Shown: positions 25,104 through 34,150, counted from the first letter of the stretch. The stretch: 35,571 bases of DNA from an uncultured virus (IMG/VR IMGVR_UViG_3300027732_000002) (IMGVR_UViG_3300027732_000002); one strand, 5' to 3'. A program made the numbers and translations. Notes: a model not told the origin generated them from the letters alone.

Positions 25104-25380
25104 TTATAAAGACGATGTTGATTTTTCCCCGTGGTCTTGGACTGGTGATGGTCGTAGAATTTATCACTCGGACCATGATGCCGACGTGGTTCTGACAGTA
25201 AGCGGCGACTTTGAGAACGACGATCAGAGGTTTCATTTTTGTCGGGACGTAGTGCGTAAGCTGGACAACTACGAACGTCGCAAACCTCTTACGGAGGAAC
25301 AGATGAATCGTATGTGGTTTGACACAAATGGTTATGAGTCGATTGTGCGTGCTGTTGAGAAAGCACACGGCATAACATGA
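25096..25380 (+). CDS. Hypothetical protein
   Basis: GGAG RBS; ends IVRAVEKAHGIT. Confidence 0.7.
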   Translation: MPNYKDDVDFSPWSWTGDGRRIYHSDHDADVVLTVSGDFENDDQRFHFCRDVVRKLDNYERRKPLTEEQMNRMWFDTNGYESIVRAVEKAHGIT

Positions 25381-25541
25381 TTACACTACATAACGAAGCC
25401 GACTACAAGGCTGCGATGGTGGAACTGGACATGATCTGGCATCGACTAGACGATGACGGGGACGCAATCGACCGCGAGTGGTTTGATCATCTTATAGACG
25501 CTATTATCGAGTACGAAGACACACACTTTTCCTGGGAGTAA
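25377..25541 (+). CDS. Stand-alone HigA N-terminal-like protein (54 aa, not in ORF track)
   Basis: Read manually: MITLHNEADYKAAMVELDMIW...FDHLIDAIIEYEDTHF; ATGA coupling. Confidence 0.6.
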   Translation: MITLHNEADYKAAMVELDMIWHRLDDDGDAIDREWFDHLIDAIIEYEDTHFSWE

Positions 25542-25542
25542 C

Positions 25543-25848
25543 ATGAACGAAAAGATTATATCAATGCTGGACAAAGCAGGCTTTATTATGTGGGACGGTG
25601 AGGCCTGGGCACCTAAAGGGGCTGTAGTAGACTGGAACGCAGACTACAGCGTGGAGATGGCAACCTTTGTCCACGACTTGGTCTGTCAAGCTGCCCGTGT
25701 TGCTGCTACTGCTGAAGGTGAGTTTAACAACGATATCTACTACGCGGTGTTTGACCACTTTACAACTACCGATCGTGACACCAACGATTTTACCCCCTAC
25801 GAACCCTCGGAAATTGACGAGTGGGCAGACTACGATAAGGACTGCTAA
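25543..25848 (+). CDS. Hypothetical protein
   Basis: GGGAG RBS, 101 aa. Confidence 0.7.
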   Translation: MNEKIISMLDKAGFIMWDGEAWAPKGAVVDWNADYSVEMATFVHDLVCQAARVAATAEGEFNNDIYYAVFDHFTTTDRDTNDFTPYEPSEIDEWADYDKDC

Positions 25849-25849
25849 T

Positions 25850-26014
25850 ATGTTTAAGAACATTACTAAATTTTACTTTGACCCACGTTTCAACTGGTTT
25901 GATATCTGCTACTTTATCGCAGTAGGCATACTTTGCACTACTAGCTGGTGGTGGCTGTGTTTAATCCTACCCCTAGTAATTGCCTCAACAATCATGGAGA
26001 CCGTTACACGATGA
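25850..26014 (+). CDS. Small membrane protein
   Basis: AAGGA RBS; MFKNITKFYF... hydrophobic. Confidence 0.6.
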   Translation: MFKNITKFYFDPRFNWFDICYFIAVGILCTTSWWWLCLILPLVIASTIMETVTR

Positions 26015-26253
26015 ACACAATCCCAAAGACACGCGAACTACTACTACGTTGCGTTCCAGACCTAGACACCCACATGGAGATCTACAATCATGCCTACGCT
26101 AAAGGCCAGATCCAAGAAGCCGACCGCATCGCTAAGGACTGGATTCGTCATAACGGCGGCAGCGATCGCCACGGTGTTGCAAAGTTCATACGCGACTGCA
26201 TCGACCGACGCGTTGAAGAAGCCATGCGTCGCAGATTTGGAGCTAGCAGCTAA
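26011..26253 (+). CDS. Hypothetical protein
   Basis: GGAG RBS and ATGA coupling; MNTIPKTRELLL. Confidence 0.6.
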   Translation: MNTIPKTRELLLRCVPDLDTHMEIYNHAYAKGQIQEADRIAKDWIRHNGGSDRHGVAKFIRDCIDRRVEEAMRRRFGASS

Positions 26254-26611
26254 GGTCAACCACTGGACTAACCGCAATGTTGTATTCAGAACCGATCAAG
26301 AAGTTTGGGGTGTGCGCGACTACTGGCAAACCCCACGTGAAACACTCAAGCTACTCCACGGAGACTGTGAGGACTACGCCATCTTTAAGTACTTCACACT
26401 GGTCAGCTGGGGTGTTGATAAAGCCGATCTCCAGCTTTGGTATGGCTACTGGTACTCGACGCCTCACATGGTGGTGACGTACTGCGGTCTGGTACTAGAT
26501 AACCTTACTAACAAAGTCCTACCGGTCTCACAATCTCACTTCCAGCCTAAGTTTAGGGTAGACAGCCCTAACATAAGCCACTGGCAATCCCTACAACACA
26601 GAATAAAATGA
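26090..26611 (+). CDS. Bacterial transglutaminase-like cysteine protease (BTLCP/LapG-like); start uncertain
   Basis: D..VWG..DYWQTP.ET, GDCEDYAI.KY, HMVV, VLDNL (Cys-His-Asp triad). Confidence 0.85.
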   Translation: MPTLKARSKKPTASLRTGFVITAAAIATVLQSSYATASTDALKKPCVADLELAAKVNHWTNRNVVFRTDQEVWGVRDYWQTPRETLKLLHGDCEDYAIFKYFTLVSWGVDKADLQLWYGYWYSTPHMVVTYCGLVLDNLTNKVLPVSQSHFQPKFRVDSPNISHWQSLQHRIK

Positions 26612-26784
26612 TCAACTATATCAAAACACTACTAAAGCCACCCACCATCCAGTCTATTCTTGTCAAAGAACTCTACGAGACCAGAGTGGGTTTGCTAACA
26701 GCTCAGTCCAACCTAGAGTATCAAACTGCTATGGTGGCCTACTACAACTCAAAACTGCGCCGGCTTGAGTCCACCAAACCGTAA
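26608..26784 (+). CDS. Small hypothetical protein (58 aa, not in ORF track)
   Basis: Read manually: MINYIKTLLKPPT...LTAQSNLEYQTAMVAYY; ATGA coupling. Confidence 0.6.
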   Translation: MINYIKTLLKPPTIQSILVKELYETRVGLLTAQSNLEYQTAMVAYYNSKLRRLESTKP

Positions 26785-26806
26785 CTAACCCTAGTGAGGG
26801 GGAATC

Positions 26807-27214
26807 ATGAACATTAAATCCATTATTTGTGCAATCCCCCTGCTTCTAGGGCTTGTTGCAGCTGAGGGTAACGATAACCCCAACCTAAACCCTACATCCA
26901 CCGAGTGCCTAGCCGCTGCGATCTACAAAGAAGCTCGAGGTGAACCACTAAGGGGTAAACTAGCAGTAGCCCAGGTGGTCCTAAACCGCGGTGAGCCTTG
27001 CGCAGTGGTGAACCAACCTCACCAGTTTACGTGGCGTAAAACTGATCGTTTAAACTGGGATCACAACACCCTAAAACTAGCCACTATTGTTATGAACCGT
27101 GGATGGGCTGTAAAGGGCTTTAGGGCCACGCACTTTCACAACCTAACAGTACGCCCCAACTGGTCTGGCTACATCACAACAATAGGCAATCACAGCTTTT
27201 ACTACTCCCCATGA
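26807..27214 (+). CDS. SleB-like cell wall hydrolase (Hydrolase_2)
   Basis: Signal peptide; CLAAAIYKEARGE..GKLAVAQVVLNR, QFTW, IGNHSFY. Confidence 0.9.
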   Translation: MNIKSIICAIPLLLGLVAAEGNDNPNLNPTSTECLAAAIYKEARGEPLRGKLAVAQVVLNRGEPCAVVNQPHQFTWRKTDRLNWDHNTLKLATIVMNRGWAVKGFRATHFHNLTVRPNWSGYITTIGNHSFYYSP

Positions 27215-27230
27215 CCGTAGAAAATTGCAC

Positions 27231-27259
27231 TTGTATATTCCATTTTTCCGTGATATAAT
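27231..27259 (+). promoter_or_regulatory. sigma70-type promoter
   Basis: TTGTAT-17-TATAAT with an extended -10. Confidence 0.65.
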
Positions 27260-27287
27260 AATAACATGATATGAAATATGAACAACA

Positions 27288-27406
27288 AAACCTTTTTAAC
27301 AAAGAAATATAAAGCATGGGTTTGAAGATTTTGCGGGGAAAACAAGGGGCCCCGAGAAAATCTTATAAACCCATGCCTTTATAGTCAAACATTGTTAAAA
27401 AGGTTT
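27288..27406. repeat. Large imperfect inverted repeat (119 nt hairpin)
   Basis: AAACCTTTTTAACAA/TTGTTAAAAAGGTTT outer arms plus TATAAAGCATGGGTTT/AAACCCATGCCTTTATA inner arms. Confidence 0.85.
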
Positions 27407-27492
27407 ATATCAATGATGCAAACGACTGGAAGTCTTTTAAAAAAGCAAACAATCCGCTAAGGATTTTCACCCTAAACAAACTGAACAAGCAA

Positions 27493-28296
27493 ATGTCAAT
27501 TACACAAACCTTTCAAACTTCTCGCAAACTAAGTCAATTTGTCATTCCTGAGGCCGTAGATACCAGCTTTAAGGGAACCGTTTTAGCTAACGCTAGCTGG
27601 CTGTTACCGCAGGCCTCAGCATTTATAGCAAGGGTGATCATACCACAGCACAATAACAACAATCTCGTGAGTTTTGACCTTACTATTAAAGACCTTATTA
27701 GCCGCCGTGCCAGTCTCACCTTTGACGACGGCTATCCTTGCCGCAGTTTAGGGTCAATTATTGGCCTGCTGACCTATGCACCTCGTGGTGATATTATTGG
27801 CACTAGCAAGACTGGTATCAAGGACTCCAGCCGTTGGAATTCTGCAGTTCCACTAATCCTAGCAGCGCTTAAGGAATACAAGAATATAGACTATTCGCAA
27901 TGGGACTGGACAGACCCGGCACGTATCGAGCTCCTAGACAAGGATATGTACGAGTACAGTAAAACCTTTCATACTGAGTACCCTTTTACGAAGGACGAGT
28001 TGTTAGAGTACCAAACAAACGCTAGAACTTTTAAAACTGGCCCAAAAGCTGGCACACAGCGATCTGTAGGTTCCACTACACTGATTACTAAAACAGATAA
28101 CTCCGACTTTAATGCACTGCCCCGGTTGACCAAGCTAGCACTTTGTCAGACTTGGATATTTCACCCTTCAAAGTACAATAAGTTTATGATAACAAATACC
28201 CTAGACTTGGACAACCCTCAAGTACCTTTAGTAGACGCAGAAGTTATTGTTCCTCAACCTACAACCACGTATAACCGTGTTAGCAACTGGGATTAA
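27493..28296 (+). CDS. Hypothetical protein
   Basis: 267 aa ORF; function not recognised. Confidence 0.8.
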   Translation: MSITQTFQTSRKLSQFVIPEAVDTSFKGTVLANASWLLPQASAFIARVIIPQHNNNNLVSFDLTIKDLISRRASLTFDDGYPCRSLGSIIGLLTYAPRGDIIGTSKTGIKDSSRWNSAVPLILAALKEYKNIDYSQWDWTDPARIELLDKDMYEYSKTFHTEYPFTKDELLEYQTNARTFKTGPKAGTQRSVGSTTLITKTDNSDFNALPRLTKLALCQTWIFHPSKYNKFMITNTLDLDNPQVPLVDAEVIVPQPTTTYNRVSNWD

Positions 28297-28302
28297 TTTA
28301 CA

Positions 28303-28599
28303 ATGAAATACACAGCAGAACAGACCGCTGAACTCCTCCACCACCATTCACTGGGGGAAGATCCCGAGGCTTTGGGTGCCCGTTTCGGTGTACCAAAGCG
28401 GTCGATTATTGCAAAATTGTCTCAGCTAGGGGTTTACCACCGCAAACCCTACCTTACCAAGCGTGGGGAAGCACCTTGCAGCAAAGAAGAGCTAGTCGTT
28501 AGACTAGCTGAACTGCTGGGGGTGGAACTAGATCGACTTGAGTCCCTCGAAAAGTGCAACAAGTCGGTGCTTATGCTACTTGAATCCTCCCTTAAGTGA
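28303..28599 (+). CDS. T5 A2-like DNA-binding protein (paralogue 1)
   Basis: YTAEQT..RSIIAKLSQLGVY..TKRGEAP..K..LESLEK. Confidence 0.75.
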   Translation: MKYTAEQTAELLHHHSLGEDPEALGARFGVPKRSIIAKLSQLGVYHRKPYLTKRGEAPCSKEELVVRLAELLGVELDRLESLEKCNKSVLMLLESSLK

Positions 28600-28604
28600 T
28601 AACG

Positions 28605-28645
28605 AAAAAAAGCCCCCACAACCTAACGGTTGTGGGGGCTTTTTT
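28605..28645. terminator. Bidirectional Rho-independent terminator
   Basis: A6-GCCCCCACAACC-taac-GGTTGTGGGGGC-T6 between convergent genes. Confidence 0.9.
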
Positions 28646-28650
28646 GTTGG

Positions 28651-28944
28651 TTAGGGTGCAACAGCTCGTAAGACTTCTCGAAGTGCTTCGTGGCTGGCGG
28701 AGGCAAGTGTGTAAGTCTTTGTAGGGTCCATACCTAGTCGAACGCACAGCTCGCCCACAAGCTCCGCTTTTGTGGGAATACGGGTGGGTTTAGGGTTTGC
28801 GTGATATAGCCCCAACTGCGTGAACTTTGCAATAATGCTGCGGTCCGTGCGGTCTAGTGCCTCAGCAATTGCTACAATGCTGTGGCCCTCTTGGTACAAC
28901 TTCGCGGCGAAGGCCGCTGATTCTGGGGTCCAGGGTAAATTCAT
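28651..28944 (-). CDS. T5 A2-like DNA-binding protein (paralogue 2)
   Basis: WTPES..RSIIAKFTQLGLY..TKAELV..TLASAS. Confidence 0.7.
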   Translation of the reverse strand: MNLPWTPESAAFAAKLYQEGHSIVAIAEALDRTDRSIIAKFTQLGLYHANPKPTRIPTKAELVGELCVRLGMDPTKTYTLASASHEALREVLRAVAP

Positions 28945-29008
28945 AATTTGGGTGCGTGATGCTCCTGTGGTTGGTTTTGTTAGGCCCTAAACTGCAGCAC
29001 ATGTTTTA

Positions 29009-29037
29009 ATTATAACATAATCACCAGACCTTGTCAA
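29009..29037 (-). promoter_or_regulatory. Consensus sigma70 promoter
   Basis: TTGACA-17-TATAAT. Confidence 0.8.
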
Positions 29038-29076
29038 CCATAAAATTTTTTATGGGTATTGCAGGTTTATCGAAAA

Positions 29077-29334
29077 CACACTTGACAAGTTATTGATTTA
29101 CCACTATAATGTTGGCGCTGCGGAACCCGTTTAATTTACACTTGATTTTACACTGGCGCAAGGCCACCTGATCTTAAAATGCACTTGACTTACCACTGGC
29201 GCAGAACTTTTAGTGTTTTCAAAATTTTTTCGTTAGAATCTAACTTTGTACCAGACTACACTTGACAATAGTTACTTTCCCACTGGCGCAGAACCACATT
29301 GATTTTACACTTGCATTGATTTCCCACTGGCGCA
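29077..29334 (+). repeat. Five degenerate direct repeats CACTTG...CAC(...)TGGCGC; the first is a consensus promoter
   Basis: TTGACA(29082)-17-TATAAT(29105)-GTTGGCGC followed by four copies lacking the -10. Confidence 0.8.
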
Positions 29335-29342
29335 AAGTGCGT

Positions 29343-29520
29343 TAGTATCTCCAAATACTAATAAGGGTAAACCCTAACTAATATCTCCAGTTACTAATAA
29401 GGGTTAACCCTAACTAATATCTCCAGTTACTAATAAGGGTTAACCCTAACTAATATCTAATCATACTAATAAGGGTAAACCCTAACTATTATCAAAATAA
29501 ACCAATAAGGGAAAGTACCT
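29343..29520 (+). repeat. 36-nt tandem repeat, about 5 copies, with internal palindrome AGGGTTAACCCT
   Basis: Unit TAATATCTCCAGTTACTAATAAGGGTTAACCCTAAC. Confidence 0.92.
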
Positions 29521-29683
29521 ATAAGAAAACACTTGACGTCGGCCGACTCGGTGTGGTAAAATGGCGCGGTTGTGGTATTTTCACAACACAGGGTAAACAC
29601 CTACGAAAAATCTCTTGACACCGGCCCATTATATGGTATATAATGGCGCAATATTATCTTAGATAATAGTATCTAAGATAATA

Positions 29684-29707
29684 AAAAAGCCGGTAAAAAC
29701 CGGCTTT
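29684..29707 (-). terminator. Rho-independent terminator
   Basis: AAAGCCGGT/ACCGGCTTT stem plus T tail on the minus strand. Confidence 0.65.
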
Positions 29708-29730
29708 AAGTAATAATATCTTAGATTATA

Positions 29731-29940
29731 TCAAACCATCTCGAATGTCACGAAAGTATCAAACCATTCTTCGTCCGACATAATGGTAAGGTTATCATCG
29801 TTTTCAAAATCAAACCATTCCTCAGAATCATCCGACGAATTAAGGTTTGCATTATGTGCCATTACCAATTCACGAAAATCAGTAATGGGGATTCTGCTAG
29901 AATCCATCCCCTGCACAGTATCAACAGTAATCTCAATCAT
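29731..29940 (-). CDS. Acidic hypothetical protein
   Basis: GGAG RBS, TAATG coupling; internal repeat S.EEWFD. Confidence 0.7.
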   Translation of the reverse strand: MIEITVDTVQGMDSSRIPITDFRELVMAHNANLNSSDDSEEWFDFENDDNLTIMSDEEWFDTFVTFEMV

Positions 29941-30137
29941 TATAGTTTCTCCGCAAATTTAATCCAACCCTTTTTGCACAAAAACTGGATTTCAGTATAT
30001 CCATTTTCCTGCAGCATTTTAACATCACGAATACTAAAGTATGGCCCTTGATTACCAGCCATACTAAAATCTCGACCATCTTGCCAATCGTCGATACTAG
30101 ATTCTCGACCATAAGCACCCTCAGCGAATAATATCAT
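29940..30137 (-). CDS. Hypothetical protein (AYGR..DW..GRDF type)
   Basis: GAGG RBS; start MILFAEGAYGR. Confidence 0.65.
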   Translation of the reverse strand: MILFAEGAYGRESSIDDWQDGRDFSMAGNQGPYFSIRDVKMLQENGYTEIQFLCKKGWIKFAEKL

Positions 30138-30291
30138 TCTCATCATCCTCAGTAATATGTTCAATAAATGCAAACTCATTACCTGTACATAGTTTATTGC
30201 AGTCTGCCTCAATAGTACCGATAATGCGGGCAGCCGCCACGCTTTCAATATCTTGAATATCTGGAAAATCAAAAACAACCATAATTCTCAT
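30121..30291 (-). CDS. Small hypothetical protein
   Basis: GGAGG RBS; MRIMVVFDFPDI. Confidence 0.6.
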   Translation of the reverse strand: MRIMVVFDFPDIQDIESVAAARIIGTIEADCNKLCTGNEFAFIEHITEDDENDIIR

Positions 30292-30292
30292 T

Positions 30293-30511
30293 TTACATTT
30301 CCTCCACAACCCAACCCAACTCACGCAATTCCTCGCGGCCTGCTGCCGTCGATTTCATGCGATCCAGATACGCATCGCATTGTGCAATGAGTGAGTCAAC
30401 CTCTGCCTCGTCAGTCCAGAATTCTGCCCCAAAATGCCTTGGGCGATAGCCAAAGCAGTCTTTGTAAAAATCCCAGACATATGCACATTTTTCTTCAAGG
30501 TTCATTTTCAT
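30293..30511 (-). CDS. Hypothetical protein (WDFYKDxxGxRPRH type)
   Basis: GGAG RBS, behind a TTGACA-16-TAGAAT promoter (30561-30534). Confidence 0.7.
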   Translation of the reverse strand: MKMNLEEKCAYVWDFYKDCFGYRPRHFGAEFWTDEAEVDSLIAQCDAYLDRMKSTAAGREELRELGWVVEEM

Positions 30512-30761
30512 ATTCTCCGTTACCATGAGTGCAATTCTACACAAACCAGCAACCATGTCAACACCCTTTTCATCGTGGGGTCTTTATGCCAAGTGCACCA
30601 GGATAGTGCATTTTTGGCGCCCACAATCCATTGTACACCACCACCGCGAAAAAACCATAGGTGAAAACACCTAGCATAAAGTTCTTGACACCACCCCATT
30701 TTATGTGATAAAATGGCGCCAGTATTAGGGTTTACCCTAATACTGCCCCTAATACTAAGTA

Positions 30762-30968
30762 TTACTCGGGGAGAATCTCATACCTCGAAACTCGGTGGAG
30801 TTGCAGAGTATCACCCTCGATAATAGTGATTCGATTATTCTCAAAATAATCATCAAAATCAATATCTTCAGCATGGATTTGAGCAATAACCTCTTCGAGA
30901 GTATCACCCTCAACCGCGCACAATACCTCTTCAGGGCTAAACTCAGAAAAGCAAATACCGAAAAACAT
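30762..30968 (-). CDS. Acidic hypothetical protein
   Basis: AAGGA RBS, 68 aa. Confidence 0.65.
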   Translation of the reverse strand: MFFGICFSEFSPEEVLCAVEGDTLEEVIAQIHAEDIDFDDYFENNRITIIEGDTLQLHRVSRYEILPE

Positions 30969-31036
30969 AATGATTCCTTTAGTATGAAAAACAATTATCG
31001 GGTATCGGCAGGATAATCCCTGCCGATACCCTTATC

Positions 31037-31372
31037 TCAGATTGGCCGAGAATTAGCCAGAGCCGAGAAAATCTTAACCAGAGCCGTTTTGTTGGCCTTG
31101 GTCAGGCTCTCGGTTTCGGCTTCCGTCAAGGCCAGCACCGCGCCGATTGCGTCGGCGGTGGCGTCCTTTTTCTGGATTGGCTCGCCCGACTTCGTGGTGC
31201 GCTCCGCCTTTTGGTACACACCCTCGCGGCTCAGTTTAGCCACAACGCTCCGAACCGACTTGCCAAACGTGATTGCAAGGGCTTCCACAGTAGCGCGCGA
31301 AGGGTTCGCGCTATACTCGGACACCATCATCATCGTTTGCGACTCGGTGTAGTTTACAGTTTTTTCAGTCAT
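31037..31372 (-). CDS. T5 A2-like DNA-binding protein (paralogue 3)
   Basis: NYTESQT..KSVRSVVAKLSREGVYQK..TKSGEP..ESLTKANK; AAGGA RBS. Confidence 0.8.
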   Translation of the reverse strand: MTEKTVNYTESQTMMMVSEYSANPSRATVEALAITFGKSVRSVVAKLSREGVYQKAERTTKSGEPIQKKDATADAIGAVLALTEAETESLTKANKTALVKIFSALANSRPI

Positions 31373-31935
31373 GATCAATTTCCTTTGGTCGTTGAGTGGA
31401 GATTAAATTTTAACAAATTTTCGTAGGATCGTCAAGATGTTTTTTCTGGGTGGTGTTTTCCTTTTTGTAGGGGTTGCGAAGTGTGCGCCTATGTTAGCAC
31501 AATTTTTACGCGCCTGCAAGTGCAGGTTTGCTGTTTGTTCTGATCTGTTTCTCGATTCCATAAATGTATTATGATGGAAAATCAGGCCCATGTCAACACC
31601 TATTTTTTGTGGGGTTATTGCCTCGACCAAGCCCAGGCCCACCACACCAACTTATTTTCGTCTATAGGGGTTTTCCCGGGGCTTGCGCCGGCCCCAGTTC
31701 GTGTGGTATAATGCAAGATTTTGCTGCCACAGACAAAATTTTGGCGCGCCCACACCCCATTGTACACCGCGCCCGAAAAAAAGTCCATAGGGATAAACCC
31801 TAAGTGGCAAAAACACAACATAGGGAAAACACCTAGAAGAAAACGCTTGACAGCCCCCCATTATATGGTATATAATGGGCGCGAGTATCTCAGATACTAG
31901 TATCTGAGATACTCGGGGCATTACCCCCGATACTA

Positions 31936-32628
31936 TTATTTCGCCGTGAACCAATCCTTTACCTGAAAAGCCTTCCAGTTATATGCGGTGATTCTAGTAT
32001 CCCAACCCTTGCGCTTGATAATCGACATAAGTATCGGCAATTCAAAATCTCGGGCATCTTCTAAGGCAGTATGTGGCTCGATACTGAATACACCCTTAAT
32101 AAAACCACATACTGATTCTGCCGTGGTCGAGTATGTCATGTTACCCTTATCGGTTACATTATTGAATAAGTGGTTTTGAATAACAAACTTTCGGTAGGGT
32201 TTAGTATGGCAGATATTACCAACAGCAGCAGACCACAAACAAAATGATTTTGTGAAGATACCCAATTCGATACCAGTATTCTGGCACTTTGCATTATCAA
32301 AAGCGATATTATATGCGGTGAGAGTAGGGTTATATCGGGAAACCATCGACAGTAACCAGTTATTGATTACCTTAGTGGAAGCAATAATACGCTCACCAGC
32401 ATCCAGCAGATTATTATAGTTTTCCATGCGGCGAGATACTGATTCACGCGCCCAGATACCCTTTGCTTTAGTATCATAAAAAAGGTCGTCGATACCAAAT
32501 GTTTCGAGTACCAACGCCGAGAATGTCTCGATAACATTACCCTTACTATCGACCACGACAGCACCAAAATCGACAACCTTATCGGTAATGGTAGTTTCAG
32601 TATCGACGATAATATAATAGGTCTTCAT
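31936..32628 (-). CDS. DEDDh 3'-5' exonuclease
   Basis: VDTET, AYNIAFD, HTALEDA; start MKTYY after AAGGA. Confidence 0.88.
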   Translation of the reverse strand: MKTYYIIVDTETTITDKVVDFGAVVVDSKGNVIETFSALVLETFGIDDLFYDTKAKGIWARESVSRRMENYNNLLDAGERIIASTKVINNWLLSMVSRYNPTLTAYNIAFDNAKCQNTGIELGIFTKSFCLWSAAVGNICHTKPYRKFVIQNHLFNNVTDKGNMTYSTTAESVCGFIKGVFSIEPHTALEDARDFELPILMSIIKRKGWDTRITAYNWKAFQVKDWFTAK

Positions 32629-32629
32629 T

Positions 32630-33094
32630 TTAGTGTCCTTGCTTTGAGGGAATATAAACGCCGCGAATACCAAACTTGTCACATACTGTTTTGAGATACT
32701 GTATATTATCTTCGTAAAAAGTAATCTCGGCATCCTTGAAGTTTTTAAGGTTAAAAAACTTCTGCAAACCCTTAATCTTCAGCAACCCGCCAGATATAGA
32801 ATCACCTTCTTTGCGAGATATTAGATAATCGGGCTGTCCGAGTATATCAGCGACAAACTTATAATCTAAAGCACCCATTACTCGGGCGGTTGCGATAATC
32901 ACGAAACATTCTGGATCGAGCAAATCTGCACGATACTGTTCAGCCAGAGGCAATAATGAATCTGACATAACCTTATCTTGATTTTCTCTCCAGTAATCGA
33001 GGTCGATTCTGATGCCGTCGATAGCCCGATACCTATGCAAACTGCACACAATAGTGCCGTCCATGTCGTAAATCTGAACCCGCTTGATAGCCAT
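32630..33094 (-). CDS. dmp: HAD-family phosphatase, T5 Dmp-like (deoxynucleoside-5'-monophosphatase)
   Basis: RVQIYDMDGTIVCSLHR, DSLLPL, IIATARVM...DY and FYEDN parallel remembered T5 Dmp. Confidence 0.8.
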   Translation of the reverse strand: MAIKRVQIYDMDGTIVCSLHRYRAIDGIRIDLDYWRENQDKVMSDSLLPLAEQYRADLLDPECFVIIATARVMGALDYKFVADILGQPDYLISRKEGDSISGGLLKIKGLQKFFNLKNFKDAEITFYEDNIQYLKTVCDKFGIRGVYIPSKQGH

Positions 33095-33398
33095 TTTTGA
33101 AACCCTTTTTGTTGCGATGCCGTAGTGTAACCCGAAACGCCCACCAGCGCAAGCCCCTATTCGTCGTGGGGTTATTACGTGGCCCAGGAGTTGCAGTAAG
33201 CCCAGGCCCACTAAATTCTTTTTTGTCAATAGGTGTAAACACCTATTGACGCGCCGCGCGCGGCGGTGTATAATTTTGGCGCCCCAAAATGTCTCATTTT
33301 GGACCTAGGGAAAACACCTAGAAGAAAGTGCTTGACAGCACCCAATTTTATGTGATAAAATTGGCGCCCGAATAAGGGTTAACCCTTATTCGGTATTA

Positions 33399-33545
33399 TT
33401 ATTTAGCCAGCATGAATAGTCCGATATTACTAAAGGCATATCCGGTGTAGATAATAAAATTTGGAATCGAACCCTTGAATAACTGGGTAATACCAATACC
33501 GAAATAAACAACCCCGATAATAATAATAAGATAATTTGAATTCAT
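33399..33545 (-). CDS. Small membrane protein
   Basis: GGAG RBS, ATGA coupling, two hydrophobic segments. Confidence 0.65.
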   Translation of the reverse strand: MNSNYLIIIIGVVYFGIGITQLFKGSIPNFIIYTGYAFSNIGLFMLAK

Positions 33546-33904
33546 TTTACAATCTCCATTGTGTGATAAGTATCTGCGGGCAAACCATATTGAATCATGA
33601 TAATCTGCCATGTCTTGCCGTGCCAGCGATTACCTTTTGGAAAACCATTTTTATTGTAGTCAACTTGATGGCATAACTCGTGGGGAATAATAACATTATG
33701 CATTATGTCGGGATGCTGAATCATAAACTTAGTGCCGACCACAATTTTATTTTCCAGCACTAGGCAATGCCCTGCTGTTTTGGTGAAACGATTTGACAAT
33801 TCAAACTTAGGGAAAACCATAGCACCATGTTGCTGCTGCAATTTTGCCCATGCCGTTTGCGCGGTGGCAAGCACTTCGATGAGGATGTCGTTTTGTGTTT
33901 TCAT
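33542..33904 (-). CDS. SprT-like zinc metalloprotease
   Basis: TAG, IPHELCH, HGKTW. Confidence 0.85.
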   Translation of the reverse strand: MKTQNDILIEVLATAQTAWAKLQQQHGAMVFPKFELSNRFTKTAGHCLVLENKIVVGTKFMIQHPDIMHNVIIPHELCHQVDYNKNGFPKGNRWHGKTWQIIMIQYGLPADTYHTMEIVK

Positions 33905-34150
33905 GTGTTCCATTCTACAGCCACCAACCAATCTGTCAAGCCCCTATTTTTTGTGGGGTCTTTCCGTGGCCGTGTGGAAATAGTGTAAACGATTTACACT
34001 ATTTCGACCAGGCCACCCAAATCTTTTTTGTCAATAGGTGTAAACACCTAGAAGAAAAACCTTGACACCCACCATTTTACTGTGGTAAAATGGCGCCTAT
34101 TAGGGTTTACCCTAATAGGCTGGCTGTCAATAGGGGTTTCCCCCTATTGA

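Noticed and set aside
29343..29520. CRISPR or TIGR-like array
   Set aside because: The 36-nt units are contiguous and near-identical with no unique spacers, and no Cas or Nop-domain gene is recognisable in the window.
31403..31954. ORFs 31403-31645, 31564-31803, 31615-31821 and 31652-31954
   Set aside because: They run through promoter, repeat and palindrome modules, and similar pseudo-peptides recur at the other modules.
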